Assembly: GCA_963665815.1 (NCBI GenBank)
Contig: OY762463.1
Coordinates: 448,001-512,000, forward strand
Source of the DNA: Candidatus Cloacimonadales bacterium
Lineage (GTDB): Bacteria > Cloacimonadota > Cloacimonadia > Cloacimonadales > JAIOQZ01
Length of the DNA: 64,000 nt
Direction: 5' to 3'
Under the pieces are notes generated by a model. That model ran no database searches. It worked only from the letters and a program-made list of their open reading frames with translations, and was not told the DNA's origin. Shown here piece after piece: positions 18,359 through 28,719 of the stretch; positions within the stretch are counted from its first letter, which is position 1, and every line of letters begins with the position of its first letter. Both the position numbers and the translations under genes were made by a program.

Positions 18359-19633
18359 GTGATAAAGAAAATATTTCTATTATTTACTCTGACGCTGATG
18401 CTTATATCATGTTCAGGAGGAGAAAAGAAAGCAGATAATGTTCAGGAAGTTCTCTTCTGGCATGCAATGGGGGGACCTCTTGGGGAAGCTCTCATAAGTC
18501 TGGTTGATGAATTTAACGATACTCATCCGGATATACATATTAAAGCGGTTAATATGGGTAATTATGGAGCTTTATCCACAAAACTTATGGCGAGTATGCA
18601 GACTGATGAAAATCCTGATATTGCTCAGGCTTTTGAATCCTGGACAGCTAATCTTGTTGAGGGTAATAAATTGTGTGATCTTAACAGATTCATAGACTCT
18701 GATCCTGAATACAAGAAAGACTTAATGGAAGATATGTTTCCAGTTATGCTTGAAAGCAATAAGGTAGACGGTAAATTCTGGTCATTCGCATTCAACAAAA
18801 GTGTTCGCTGTTTGTACTACAACAAAGATATGCTTTTTAAATACGGATATGATCCGAATAAACCACCAAAGACCTGGGATGAATTCAGGGATTTTTGCAA
18901 GAAGTTAACAATTCGCGATAAAGACGGAAATACGGAGGTATTCGGGACGACTTTCCCTGTAAGTGCATGGCAGTTTGAAAATCTGCTGTTACAGGCTGGG
19001 GGAGAGATTATGACTCCTGACTATACAACTCCATTATTTGCCAGTGAAGAAGGAATTGAGGCACTTAATTTTCTTGAAGCACTTCTGAATGTTGATAAAA
19101 GTGCTTATCTGTCAACTGGCTATGAAGGTCAAAGTGATTTTCAGGCAGGCAAGGTTGCAATGGTTGAAGGATCGAGTGTTTCAAAATCCTATATGGATTT
19201 GTCTGAATACGATTTCTTTATGGGAATATCAGCTATTCCTTATTATAAAACAAAGAAAAACATAATATCCGGTTCAAATGTAGTCATTTTCAAGAATGAG
19301 GATGAGAAAAAAGAAAGAGCAGCCTGGGAATTTGTAAGATGGTTTACAGATTCGAAACAGACAGCAAGATGGTCACAAATGACTTACTACATGCCGGTAA
19401 GAAAAAGTGCTTTTGAGCAGCCTGCACTAAAAGAGAGACTTGAGAGTAATCCTGAGATTGCCTCTGTATACGATCAGCTTAATTATGCTACTTTTGAGCC
19501 TCCAATAAGTCAATGGTATGCAACCAGAAAATTTCTGGAAGAGCAGGTTATAGAGAAAGTGCTCAGAAAAACAATAACCCCTGAAAAGGCATTGAAGAAT
19601 GCTGAGAGGGAATTAAAAAGAAATTTGAAATAG
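18359..19633 (+). CDS. ABC sugar/glycerol-3-phosphate-type substrate-binding lipoprotein (UgpB-like)
   Basis: GTG start with SD AGGAG; lipobox LISC; FWHAMGG, LYYNKD, PPKTWDE, AAWEFVRW. Confidence 0.9.
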   Translation: MIKKIFLLFTLTLMLISCSGGEKKADNVQEVLFWHAMGGPLGEALISLVDEFNDTHPDIHIKAVNMGNYGALSTKLMASMQTDENPDIAQAFESWTANLVEGNKLCDLNRFIDSDPEYKKDLMEDMFPVMLESNKVDGKFWSFAFNKSVRCLYYNKDMLFKYGYDPNKPPKTWDEFRDFCKKLTIRDKDGNTEVFGTTFPVSAWQFENLLLQAGGEIMTPDYTTPLFASEEGIEALNFLEALLNVDKSAYLSTGYEGQSDFQAGKVAMVEGSSVSKSYMDLSEYDFFMGISAIPYYKTKKNIISGSNVVIFKNEDEKKERAAWEFVRWFTDSKQTARWSQMTYYMPVRKSAFEQPALKERLESNPEIASVYDQLNYATFEPPISQWYATRKFLEEQVIEKVLRKTITPEKALKNAERELKRNLK

Positions 19634-19650
19634 AAAATAAAGAGGAAATT

Positions 19651-21558
19651 ATGAAAATTAATATTACTTTTCCTGATGGTTCTGTAAAGGAATATGATAA
19701 AGGTATATGTCCTCAGGAAATTGCAGAAAACATTAGTCATAATCTTGCTCTCAGAGCAATTGCAGCAGAAGTAAATGGAAAACTGACAGATATAGATCAG
19801 CCGATCGAAGAAGATGCTGAGTTAATCCTTCATACATTCGATACTGAAATAGGTAAAGAAGTTTACTGGCATAGTACAGCTCACCTTATGGCTCAAGCGG
19901 TTAAACAATTGTATCCCGATGTAAAAGTAACTATCGGACCTGCTATTGAATATGGTTTTTACTATGACTTTGACAGAGAAAAATCATTCTCAGATGAAGA
20001 ATTGAAAGAAATCGAAAAAAGAATGAAAGAGCTGGCAAAAAAGAAACTCAAATATGAGCGTCAGGAAATGCCAAGAAACGAAGCATACAAGAAGTTCGAA
20101 GAAATGGGCGAGACCTATAAACTTGAGATTCTTGATGAAATCCCGGAAAATGAAACTATTTCCCTTTATACTCAGGGAGATTTTGTTGATCTGTGCCGTG
20201 GTCCACACATTATCCATACAGGTAAAATTAAGGCTGTAAAACTTCTTAAAACTTCCGGAGCATACTGGCGTGGTGATGAAAACAAGAAGATGCTTAAAAG
20301 AATATATGGTATATCATTCCCTACAAAAAAGGAAATGAAAGAATATATTGATTTCATTGAAGAAGCTAAGAAAAGAGATCATAGAAAACTCGGTAAAGAA
20401 CTAGATCTTTTCTCATTCTCAGATGAAGTTGGTCCGGGACTCATGTTATGGCATCCTAATGGTGCAATGACAAGATCAATCATTGAGCAATACTGGAAGA
20501 AAAGGCATTTTGAAGATGATTATAAAATTGTATATACTCCGCATATAGGTAAATCTGTTCTTTGGGAAACCAGTGGACATCTGGATTTCTATAAAGAAGG
20601 TATGTATAATGCAATGGATGTTGATGGTCAGGATTATTACATCAAACCAATGAACTGTCCATTCCATATTGAAATATATAAGTCATCCAAGAGATCTTAT
20701 AGAGAACTGCCTCTTAAGTACGCAGAGCTTGGTACAGTATACAGATATGAACCTTCAGGAACACTTAATGGGCTTAAGAGAGTTCGAGGTTTTACTCAGG
20801 ATGATGCTCACTTGATTTGTACTCCTGATCAGCTTAAAAAAGAAGTTGAAAAGCTTATTCAGTTTTCAATGAGTATGCTCAGGGATTTTGGATTTGAAGA
20901 TTTTACAGTTAAACTTGCTACAAGACCTGAAAAAGCTGTTGGTGAAGAAGAAAGATGGAATCAGGCTATTGATTCTCTTAGATCTGCTCTTGTCAGCCAG
21001 AATATTGACTATGTTATGGATGATGGTGGCGGTGCTTTCTACGGTCCTAAGATAGACATCCATATTAAGGATTCACTTAACAGATCATGGCAGCTGTCAA
21101 CAATCCAGTTTGACTTCAATCTTCCTGAAAGATTTGATATGGAATATGTTGGTGCAGATAATAATCCTCATAGACCTTACATGCTTCACAGAGCTCTGTT
21201 AGGTTCAATCGAGAGATTCTTCGGAATCCTTATAGAACATTATGCAGGTAATTTCCCAAGCTGGCTGGCTCCTGTTCAGGTAATGGTAATTCCGGTATCA
21301 GAAAACTTTGAGCATTATGCTGAAAGAGAATATAAAAGACTTCGTAAATTTGGATTCAGAGCTGAAATCGATTTAAGAAACGAAAAAATCGGTTACAGAA
21401 TCAGGGATGCTGAAATGAAGAAAATTCCTTTCATGATGATTATTGGACAGAGAGAAGAAGATACTAATACTGTATCTCTCAGAGAGCATACAAAAGGTGA
21501 TATTGGTTCATTCTCTCTTGATGAAGCAATGAAGATAATTAAGAAAGATAACAAATAG
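19651..21558 (+). CDS. thrS: Threonine--tRNA ligase
   Basis: TGS domain; HSTAHLMAQAV, DLCRGPH, RDHRKLG, KPMNCP, RVRGFTQDDAH, GAFYGPKID, HRALLGSIERF. Confidence 0.99.
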   Translation: MKINITFPDGSVKEYDKGICPQEIAENISHNLALRAIAAEVNGKLTDIDQPIEEDAELILHTFDTEIGKEVYWHSTAHLMAQAVKQLYPDVKVTIGPAIEYGFYYDFDREKSFSDEELKEIEKRMKELAKKKLKYERQEMPRNEAYKKFEEMGETYKLEILDEIPENETISLYTQGDFVDLCRGPHIIHTGKIKAVKLLKTSGAYWRGDENKKMLKRIYGISFPTKKEMKEYIDFIEEAKKRDHRKLGKELDLFSFSDEVGPGLMLWHPNGAMTRSIIEQYWKKRHFEDDYKIVYTPHIGKSVLWETSGHLDFYKEGMYNAMDVDGQDYYIKPMNCPFHIEIYKSSKRSYRELPLKYAELGTVYRYEPSGTLNGLKRVRGFTQDDAHLICTPDQLKKEVEKLIQFSMSMLRDFGFEDFTVKLATRPEKAVGEEERWNQAIDSLRSALVSQNIDYVMDDGGGAFYGPKIDIHIKDSLNRSWQLSTIQFDFNLPERFDMEYVGADNNPHRPYMLHRALLGSIERFFGILIEHYAGNFPSWLAPVQVMVIPVSENFEHYAEREYKRLRKFGFRAEIDLRNEKIGYRIRDAEMKKIPFMMIIGQREEDTNTVSLREHTKGDIGSFSLDEAMKIIKKDNK

Positions 21559-21570
21559 TAAATATATATT

Positions 21571-21608
21571 ACACAGACTGCTGTCATAAGTGGTCTGTGT
21601 TTTCTTTT
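21571..21608 (+). terminator. Intrinsic terminator after thrS
   Basis: ACACAGACTGCT/AGTGGTCTGTGT stem (two G-U pairs) followed by TTTCTTTT. Confidence 0.7.
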
Positions 21609-21620
21609 CAGGGATGAACA

Positions 21621-22586
21621 ATGGATGTTTTAGAAATAGCAAAATATGAATTAGAGTTGGTTAAGAAAGCTGTAGATTTTTCACTTTCCAATATTGGAGG
21701 AGAATTCGAAGAAGCAGTAAATTTGCTGAATGAATGTAAGGGGAAAGTTGTTGTAACCGGTCTGGGTAAAACCGGTATAATTGGTAGAAAACTTGCAGCA
21801 ACTCTCACAAGTACCGGTACAACTGCAATTTTTCTTCATGCTGCAGAAGGTGTTCATGGAGATCTTGGAATGCTTAGTAAAGATGATGTTGTTATCGCAA
21901 TTTCAAGTAGTGGTAATTCAGGTGAACTTGTGTCGATTCTGCCATTCTTTAAATTTTTGAAAGTCCCTGTAATTGCAATGACTGCTAACATGAATTCTAA
22001 ACTGGCAATGAATTCTGATATTGTTATTGATTGCTCTGTTCCTCAAAACTCAGAACCTTTCGGACTTGTCCCTACAATAACAACAACGATTACTCTGATT
22101 CTTGCGGATGCTGTTGCGGTTGCTTTGCTTAAGAAAAAGGATTTTCAGATTCAGGATTTTGCCAGAGTGCATCCGGGTGGAACAATCGGAAGAAAACTTT
22201 TACTTCGTGTAGAAGATTTAATGCATTCCGGTGAAAGCAATCCTATGTCTTCTGTTCATGATTCAATGAAGAAAGTTATCATGACTATGACAACTAAGGG
22301 GCTTGGATGTTCAAATATAATCGGTGATGATGGAAAGCTAAAAGGTATAATCACAGATGGTGACTTGAGACGTCTGTTATCTTCAGAAGATTTTAATCTT
22401 GATAAAACAGCAGAAGAATGCATGGTTCGAAATCCGAGAACTGTCACAAGAAAAACACTTGCTGTCAAAGCATTGACCTTGATGGAAGATATGAAAATAA
22501 CAATGCTTCCGGTTGTTGATGAAGAAAACAGTCCTGAAGGTATGCTGCATATGCATGATCTCATTCAGGCAGGTGTTGTAGGATAA
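21621..22586 (+). CDS. kdsD: Arabinose-5-phosphate isomerase (KpsF/GutQ; SIS + 2 CBS)
   Basis: VVVTGLGKTG, STGT, HGDLG, HPGG and ITDGDLRR motifs. Confidence 0.93.
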   Translation: MDVLEIAKYELELVKKAVDFSLSNIGGEFEEAVNLLNECKGKVVVTGLGKTGIIGRKLAATLTSTGTTAIFLHAAEGVHGDLGMLSKDDVVIAISSSGNSGELVSILPFFKFLKVPVIAMTANMNSKLAMNSDIVIDCSVPQNSEPFGLVPTITTTITLILADAVAVALLKKKDFQIQDFARVHPGGTIGRKLLLRVEDLMHSGESNPMSSVHDSMKKVIMTMTTKGLGCSNIIGDDGKLKGIITDGDLRRLLSSEDFNLDKTAEECMVRNPRTVTRKTLAVKALTLMEDMKITMLPVVDEENSPEGMLHMHDLIQAGVVG

Positions 22587-22946
22587 TTAAAGATTGTTAA
22601 CGCATTCTATTAGTTTCTCCTTACTGAAAGGTTTAATAAGTGTTTTATTTGCTCCCAACAAATGTGCAGATTTGAGAAAGTCCCTGTGAAAGCGTCCGAT
22701 AACGCCGGTCATTGCAATAATCTTAGCTTTGGGATATTCTTTTTTCAGGTTCACAATTGTTTCTATTCCATCCATTTCAGGCATAAATAGATCAGTTATA
22801 ATAATGTCAAATGAGTTGGTTGCATGTAATTCGATTCCTTCATAACCATTTACAGCAGTCATAACCTCAAAAGACTCTTGCTCGAGCATGTGTTTTAAAA
22901 CTGTCCGCACAGTTCTTTCGTCGTCTATCACCAGTATTTTTTTCAT
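22587..22946 (-). CDS. Single-domain response regulator
   Basis: LVIDD, ITDLFMP, AMTG, KPF. SD GGAG before ATG 22946. Confidence 0.92.
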   Translation of the reverse strand: MKKILVIDDERTVRTVLKHMLEQESFEVMTAVNGYEGIELHATNSFDIIITDLFMPEMDGIETIVNLKKEYPKAKIIAMTGVIGRFHRDFLKSAHLLGANKTLIKPFSKEKLIECVNNL

Positions 22947-23106
22947 TATACTCTCCAATATTAATCCTATATTAAATATAATCAATATGACTGCATAAAC
23001 AAGATATATTAAGGATATTTATGATTTATATGTTGACTTAAATACATTGATAATACATATTCTATTATACTGAATGCAAAATCATAATTCATTGGAAAGG
23101 ATAATC

Positions 23107-24432
23107 ATGAATACACATTTCTTTAATGCTGTGACAATTATACCAGACAGCAATAATCATACGTTATCAGTTTCAAAAGAAGATATATATGTTAATGATG
23201 GCATAATTGGTGATAAACTTGAGAACAGCGATTATACAGATATTGACTTACATCATGCTCTGATTCTTCCGGGAATGGTTAATTCTCACCATCATATATA
23301 CTCTTATTTTGCAAAAGCACTCTCGTTTTCGGGCAAATTCAACACATTTGAAAATATACTTCAGAATATCTGGTGGAAACTTGATAGAGTTTTAACAGAG
23401 GAAACTGTAAAGATTTCATCAGAACTGACTGCTCAAGAATGTATTGCTCATGGAGTGACTACAGTTTTCGATCATCACTCCTCCCCTTATTACATAAGAG
23501 GGTCGCTTGATATCATCGGAAATACTTTATCGGAATATTCTCTGAATGGTGTGCTCTGCCATGAAATATCTGATAGAAATGGCATTAATGTAATGGAGGA
23601 AACACTCGAAGAAAACATTGACTTTGCCCATAGTGACAGGTTTGATAACATTCAGGGAATTATTGGTTTACATGCTTTGTTCACATTGTCTGATAAAAGC
23701 TTGAAGAGAATCGCCGGAAATTCCGGATATATTCCGATTCATCTGCATATTGCTGAAGGCAAAGTAGATGGCAGGCAAAGCAGAATGAAACATGGGAAAA
23801 GACTGGCTGAAAGATTAAATGAATTTAACTTGATTAGAGAAAATTCAATTTTTGTACATGGTAATTATCTCACCCCAGAAGATATAGAAATTCTGAGTGC
23901 AGGCAGGAATGTTTTTTTTTCGCAATGTGTTGATTCAAATATGAATAACAATCAGGATATACTCAATTTGTTGTTTGCTGATGCAGGAAACCTGATTTAC
24001 ACTGCCGGTACAGACGGAATGACATCGGATATTCTGAAAAGTATTAAGAGTTCTATTTTGCTGAATAAATACAATTTTTCTACATCTCCTGTCTTGAGTG
24101 AAGTCTCCCCGGATAGTTATCCAACTAAAATTTTCAGCAATCTGTTCCTGAATCAATACAGGCTTAAAAATGCTTATGGGTATGATCTTGGACTTAATAA
24201 AGGCGATATGGCCGATTTTGCTGTTGTTGAATATCCTTTTGCTGAGTTGATAAATGAAAGCAATTTCTTCAATCATTTCTTGTATGGAATAACAGAGTCC
24301 AGGGTTAAGCACGTTTTTAAGAATAATAATTTCTTAATGAAAGATTTTGTCGTACAAAATAAAAAAGATACTGAAATTAAACGAATGCAGAATATTATTG
24401 CTGACGTGACAGACAGGCTCGGAAAAATATGA
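23107..24432 (+). CDS. ssnA: SsnA-like amidohydrolase (putative purine-pathway aminohydrolase)
   Basis: NSHHHIYS, WWKLDR, GVTTVFDHH, GLHALFT, HLHIAEG, GTDG. Lies upstream of a molybdenum hydroxylase. Confidence 0.75.
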   Translation: MNTHFFNAVTIIPDSNNHTLSVSKEDIYVNDGIIGDKLENSDYTDIDLHHALILPGMVNSHHHIYSYFAKALSFSGKFNTFENILQNIWWKLDRVLTEETVKISSELTAQECIAHGVTTVFDHHSSPYYIRGSLDIIGNTLSEYSLNGVLCHEISDRNGINVMEETLEENIDFAHSDRFDNIQGIIGLHALFTLSDKSLKRIAGNSGYIPIHLHIAEGKVDGRQSRMKHGKRLAERLNEFNLIRENSIFVHGNYLTPEDIEILSAGRNVFFSQCVDSNMNNNQDILNLLFADAGNLIYTAGTDGMTSDILKSIKSSILLNKYNFSTSPVLSEVSPDSYPTKIFSNLFLNQYRLKNAYGYDLGLNKGDMADFAVVEYPFAELINESNFFNHFLYGITESRVKHVFKNNNFLMKDFVVQNKKDTEIKRMQNIIADVTDRLGKI

Positions 24433-25052
24433 AAATTAAGTGTATTCTAATTTCAGTTTTGATACTATTTCTTCTTCAGATAATCATAGTATCTGTAAGT
24501 ATTCCTTTTTTAGGTAAATTTCTTGCTAAAAATGATCCTGTAAATGGGCAGGTGCTGATTGTGGAGGGATGGATCCCTACTTATATGTACATGGAAGTAA
24601 AGAAAATAATTGATAATGCTGATTATGGGAAAGTTATATGTGTTGGAGCCGAATTTCCTGAAGTTAAGACATATAGACACAGTGAATCAGCGTCAGAGTA
24701 TTCGGCTTATTATCTCAGATATCTGGGAGTTCCGGATTCATTGTTGGAAGTTGTTACAACGCCATATTATGCGAAGGAAAGAACATATAACTCAGCTAAT
24801 GCAGCAATCAGGTTACTAAATACTGAACATGGAAATGTCAGGTCTTTTGATGTTGTAACAAGTGGAGTGCACTCCAGAAGATCATGGATTCTTTTCAACA
24901 AAGCAGCTAAAAAAAAATTCGATATTGGAGTAATATCACTTACACCAGAAGACTATCTTATCGAAAAATGGTGGACTAACAGTGTGGGATTCAGGACAGT
25001 AATTAATGAATATTTGGCATATATATATGTTAAAGTAATATTTAGACCATAG
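24429..25052 (+). CDS. YdcF/DUF218 family protein
   Basis: N-terminal TM anchor; LIVEGW, RTYNSA, VVTSGVHSRRS, EYLAY. Confidence 0.8.
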   Translation: MKIKCILISVLILFLLQIIIVSVSIPFLGKFLAKNDPVNGQVLIVEGWIPTYMYMEVKKIIDNADYGKVICVGAEFPEVKTYRHSESASEYSAYYLRYLGVPDSLLEVVTTPYYAKERTYNSANAAIRLLNTEHGNVRSFDVVTSGVHSRRSWILFNKAAKKKFDIGVISLTPEDYLIEKWWTNSVGFRTVINEYLAYIYVKVIFRP

Positions 25053-25060
25053 AGGTAAAT

Positions 25061-28000
25061 ATGATTGGAAAAAAAATTAAAAGAGTTGATGGAAAATCAA
25101 AAGTAAATGGTAGTGCTTTGTATGGTCAGGACGAAAGCAATGTGAATATGCTTTATGCGGCATGTAAGTATCCTGACATTGCCTGTGGTAATATTCTCGC
25201 TATTGATTTTACTGGAATAGAAGAGGTTGATGAAGATATTCATCTTATTACTATACTGGATGTTCCGGGTAAGAAGAGAATAGGACCAATCAGAAAAGAC
25301 CAGTATCCAATTGTCGATAAAAGCATCTTTTATGAGGGAGATGTAATTGCTGTTGTTGCTGCTGATACTCCCGAAATGGCAAGAGAGGCAGTTGATAAAA
25401 TAAAAGTAGAGTATATTGAGAAAGAAGGTGTGTTTAATGTTAAGGATGCATTTGACAGAAGGCAGATTGTCCATGAAGAATACCCGGACAACATTGTAGT
25501 ACACTATCCTTTACGCAAAGGTAATGTAAAAGATGCTTTTGAAGTTTCTGATTTTGTTATTGAAAGAGAATTTGACACAGGTTTTCATGAACACGCATAT
25601 ATTGAGCCTGAAAGTGTAACTGTCATACCTGATTTTCATACAAACGGATTTGTTGTTAAAGGTTCAATTCAGAATCCATTTACTACGAGAAAGGCTGTAG
25701 CTGAATATCTTGGTATAAACATGAATAAAGTAAATGTTATACCCTCGGTAATGGGTGGTTCTTTTGGTGGTAAAGACGATACGGTAAACATGATGGCGTG
25801 CAGAGCTGCTCTGATGAGTCTTAAGACAGGTCGACCTGTTCAGTTGACACTTAACAGAGAAGAATCGTTAAAAGAAAGTTACAAGAGACATCCTTACAAC
25901 ATGGTTTACAAAGCCGGATTTAATCAGGATGGGAAAATTAATGCCTTAAAAATCTTGATCCTCGCAGATAGTGGAGCTTATTCATCACAGACATTCTTTG
26001 TAACCTGGAGATCTGTAGTTCAGGCAACAGGACCTTATTCAATACCAAATGTTGAAACTGATGTTTACGGAGTATACACAAATAATGTTTATACCGGTGC
26101 TTATAGAGGTTTTGGTACTCCACAGGTCATATTTGCACAGGAATCTCTTATGAATGAAATTGCAGAGATATGCAATATTTCTCCGGTTGAAATCAGATGG
26201 ATAAATGGTTTCAAACAAAACAGCATAACTGCTTCCGGACAGAAACTCGAAGACCATAGAGTGTCATTGATTCAAGTTATGAATAAGGCATTAAAGGAAT
26301 CTGACTATGAGAGTCAGGTTGAGATTCTCAAACAGCAGAATACGGATAGATATAAGCATGGAATTGGCTTTGCCGTAAGTTACAGAGGTTGTTCTCTCGG
26401 GGCAGAAGGTGTTGATGCAACATCTGCAATGGTTTCGATTCAGGCAGATGGTTCGGTTATTTTGACAACTGCACTGCATGAAAATGGCCAGGGATTGAGA
26501 ACAACTTTTTCTATGATCGTTGCAGAACAGTTCGGAATTGATATAAAGGATATTGTATTCATTAATCCGTCAACTTCACACATTGGTGATGGTGGACCAA
26601 CAGTTGCATCAAGATCTACACTTCTGGGTGGTCAGGCAATAATTAATGCCTGTACAAAGCTTAAAAAAAGGTTGGTAGGTGTGATTGACTGTAATTCTGA
26701 GCAGGTAGACAGTGAATATGAGTGGAAGAATGGAAGTATAGTATGCAAGAACAATAACAAGAAACAATTCAGTTTTTTAGATACTGTTCAATCTGCAATT
26801 GGAAAAGGAATCAGTCTTTCTGAATATGGCTGGTATAAAGGTCCCGATGCCACTTGGAACGAAGAAACCGGACAGGGGAATGCTTATTTTACATATGTTT
26901 ATGGTTGCCATGTAGCAAAGATAACTGTGGATGTTTTAACGGGAAAGATCGATGTTAACAAGATAACTGCTGTTCATGATGTCGGAAAGGTAATAAATCT
27001 TCTGGGAGCAGAAGGACAGGTTTACGGTGGAGTGCTACAGGGAATGGGCTATGGTGTTCTTGAAGAATATCAACAGACAAAGGGAAGAACCAGGACTGCA
27101 AACTTTGATGAATATCTTATTCCTACAATAAAGGATATGCCGGAAATTGATGCTTTCTTTGTGGAAAATCCGGATCCATTTGGTCCTTATGGGGCTAAAT
27201 CTCTTGGAGAACCGACCCTTGAACTTACGGCTGCAGCAATTAACAATGCGTTTGCAAACGCCACTCACAAGCATAATTACAGATTACCATTATCTTTAGA
27301 ACAGGTACTTCTTGGATATAATCCTGTGAAGCCGGCGAGAAGCAGCGAAACACAATCATGTAAGACAAGCAGTATAAAGATTGATAGCTGTATGAATGTT
27401 ATAGTACCTCAGAATTTGGAAGAAGCACTTAAAATGAAAAAAGAAAGTGGTTTTGATCTTTATGCAGGTGGTACTGACAAAGTAATTGAAATCTCTAAAG
27501 GTAAAAAAACAGAAGGACTCATTTACATAGCTAACCTTGATAAACTAAAAGGTGTTACTAAGAATGATAATCTGATAAGAATTGCAGCCTGTAGTACATT
27601 TACAGAAATTCTATCCAATTTATACGTAAGGGAATATCTGCCTCTGTTAACAAAAGCATGTGCTCTTATAGGATCTACACAGGTTAGGAACACTGCGACA
27701 ATAGGTGGAAATATCTGCAATGCAGCTTCCTGTGCCGACTCTGTGCCTCCTTTACTGGCATACGAGGCGGAGCTTGAACTGCAATCTACAGAAGGTACAC
27801 GAGTTGTTAAACTATCTGATTTCATTACAGGTAGTTATAAAACAATTATCAATGATAATGAAATACTCACAGCTGTACTTGTACCGTCAGACAAAGGTAA
27901 GCTTGTGAGTTACTATGAACAGCTTGGAAGAAGAAATGCAGTAAATATTACAAGAATGAGTTTATCAATCCTGACCGATATAAAAGAAGGAAAGATTAAT

Positions 28001-28234
28001 GATATCGCTATTAGTGCAGGCTCTCTGATTTACAAACCTGCAAGATTAAGCTTTCTTGAGGAATTCCTTGAGGGGAAAGCTTTTTCAGAAGATCTGATCA
28101 ATGATTCTGTAGAAATACTGAATGAAGAGCTTAATAAACAGATTGGAAAGAGATGGTCGGCAAAGTATAAAATACCTGTGTTCAAGTCCATGTTCAGACA
28201 TGCATTAAAAAAGTTATGGAGAGAAGAAAAATGA
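25061..28234 (+). CDS. Xanthine dehydrogenase-family molybdenum hydroxylase; molybdopterin subunit fused to FAD subunit
   Basis: Mo-subunit motifs HAYIEP, GGSFGGK, AYRGFGTPQ, TVASRST, AKSLGEP. After ~aa 778, FAD-subunit motifs PQNLEEA, AGGTD, QVRNTATIGGNICNA. Confidence 0.92.
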   Translation: MIGKKIKRVDGKSKVNGSALYGQDESNVNMLYAACKYPDIACGNILAIDFTGIEEVDEDIHLITILDVPGKKRIGPIRKDQYPIVDKSIFYEGDVIAVVAADTPEMAREAVDKIKVEYIEKEGVFNVKDAFDRRQIVHEEYPDNIVVHYPLRKGNVKDAFEVSDFVIEREFDTGFHEHAYIEPESVTVIPDFHTNGFVVKGSIQNPFTTRKAVAEYLGINMNKVNVIPSVMGGSFGGKDDTVNMMACRAALMSLKTGRPVQLTLNREESLKESYKRHPYNMVYKAGFNQDGKINALKILILADSGAYSSQTFFVTWRSVVQATGPYSIPNVETDVYGVYTNNVYTGAYRGFGTPQVIFAQESLMNEIAEICNISPVEIRWINGFKQNSITASGQKLEDHRVSLIQVMNKALKESDYESQVEILKQQNTDRYKHGIGFAVSYRGCSLGAEGVDATSAMVSIQADGSVILTTALHENGQGLRTTFSMIVAEQFGIDIKDIVFINPSTSHIGDGGPTVASRSTLLGGQAIINACTKLKKRLVGVIDCNSEQVDSEYEWKNGSIVCKNNNKKQFSFLDTVQSAIGKGISLSEYGWYKGPDATWNEETGQGNAYFTYVYGCHVAKITVDVLTGKIDVNKITAVHDVGKVINLLGAEGQVYGGVLQGMGYGVLEEYQQTKGRTRTANFDEYLIPTIKDMPEIDAFFVENPDPFGPYGAKSLGEPTLELTAAAINNAFANATHKHNYRLPLSLEQVLLGYNPVKPARSSETQSCKTSSIKIDSCMNVIVPQNLEEALKMKKESGFDLYAGGTDKVIEISKGKKTEGLIYIANLDKLKGVTKNDNLIRIAACSTFTEILSNLYVREYLPLLTKACALIGSTQVRNTATIGGNICNAASCADSVPPLLAYEAELELQSTEGTRVVKLSDFITGSYKTIINDNEILTAVLVPSDKGKLVSYYEQLGRRNAVNITRMSLSILTDIKEGKINDIAISAGSLIYKPARLSFLEEFLEGKAFSEDLINDSVEILNEELNKQIGKRWSAKYKIPVFKSMFRHALKKLWREEK

Positions 28235-28719
28235 CTCTGAAAATAAATATAAATGGAAAAGATGTAACACTGGATGTTAATCCTAATGAAAGGATGTTGG
28301 ATATTCTGAGAAACAGACTGCATCTGACTGGGACAAAGGAAGGTTGTTCAATAGGTGAATGTGGTGCCTGCACGGTAATACTTAATGGGAAAGCTGTAAA
28401 TTCATGTATGATACTTGCTTTTCAGATCCAGAACGGGATTATTGAGACTATTGAGAATGTTAACGAAAATGTTGTCTTGAATATTCTGAAAGATAAGTTT
28501 CTGGAGAACGGAGCTGTTCAATGTGGATTCTGCACGCCGGGTATGATAATGAGTGCAAAAGCATTACTGGATAAAAACTCAAAACCATCAATTGAGGATA
28601 TTAAGACTGCATTAGAGGGAAATTTATGTAGGTGCACAGGCTATAAACCAATATTGGATGCTGTAAAAGACACTGTGAGGGTGCTGAATAATGAAACTGA
28701 TAAAAAACGCTTTGATTGA
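28231..28719 (+). CDS. 2x[2Fe-2S] small subunit of the molybdenum hydroxylase (CoxS/CutS-like)
   Basis: GCSIGECGACTV, QCGFCTPG, NLCRCTGY. ATG 28231 overlaps the upstream TGA (ATGA). Confidence 0.95.
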   Translation: MTLKININGKDVTLDVNPNERMLDILRNRLHLTGTKEGCSIGECGACTVILNGKAVNSCMILAFQIQNGIIETIENVNENVVLNILKDKFLENGAVQCGFCTPGMIMSAKALLDKNSKPSIEDIKTALEGNLCRCTGYKPILDAVKDTVRVLNNETDKKRFD

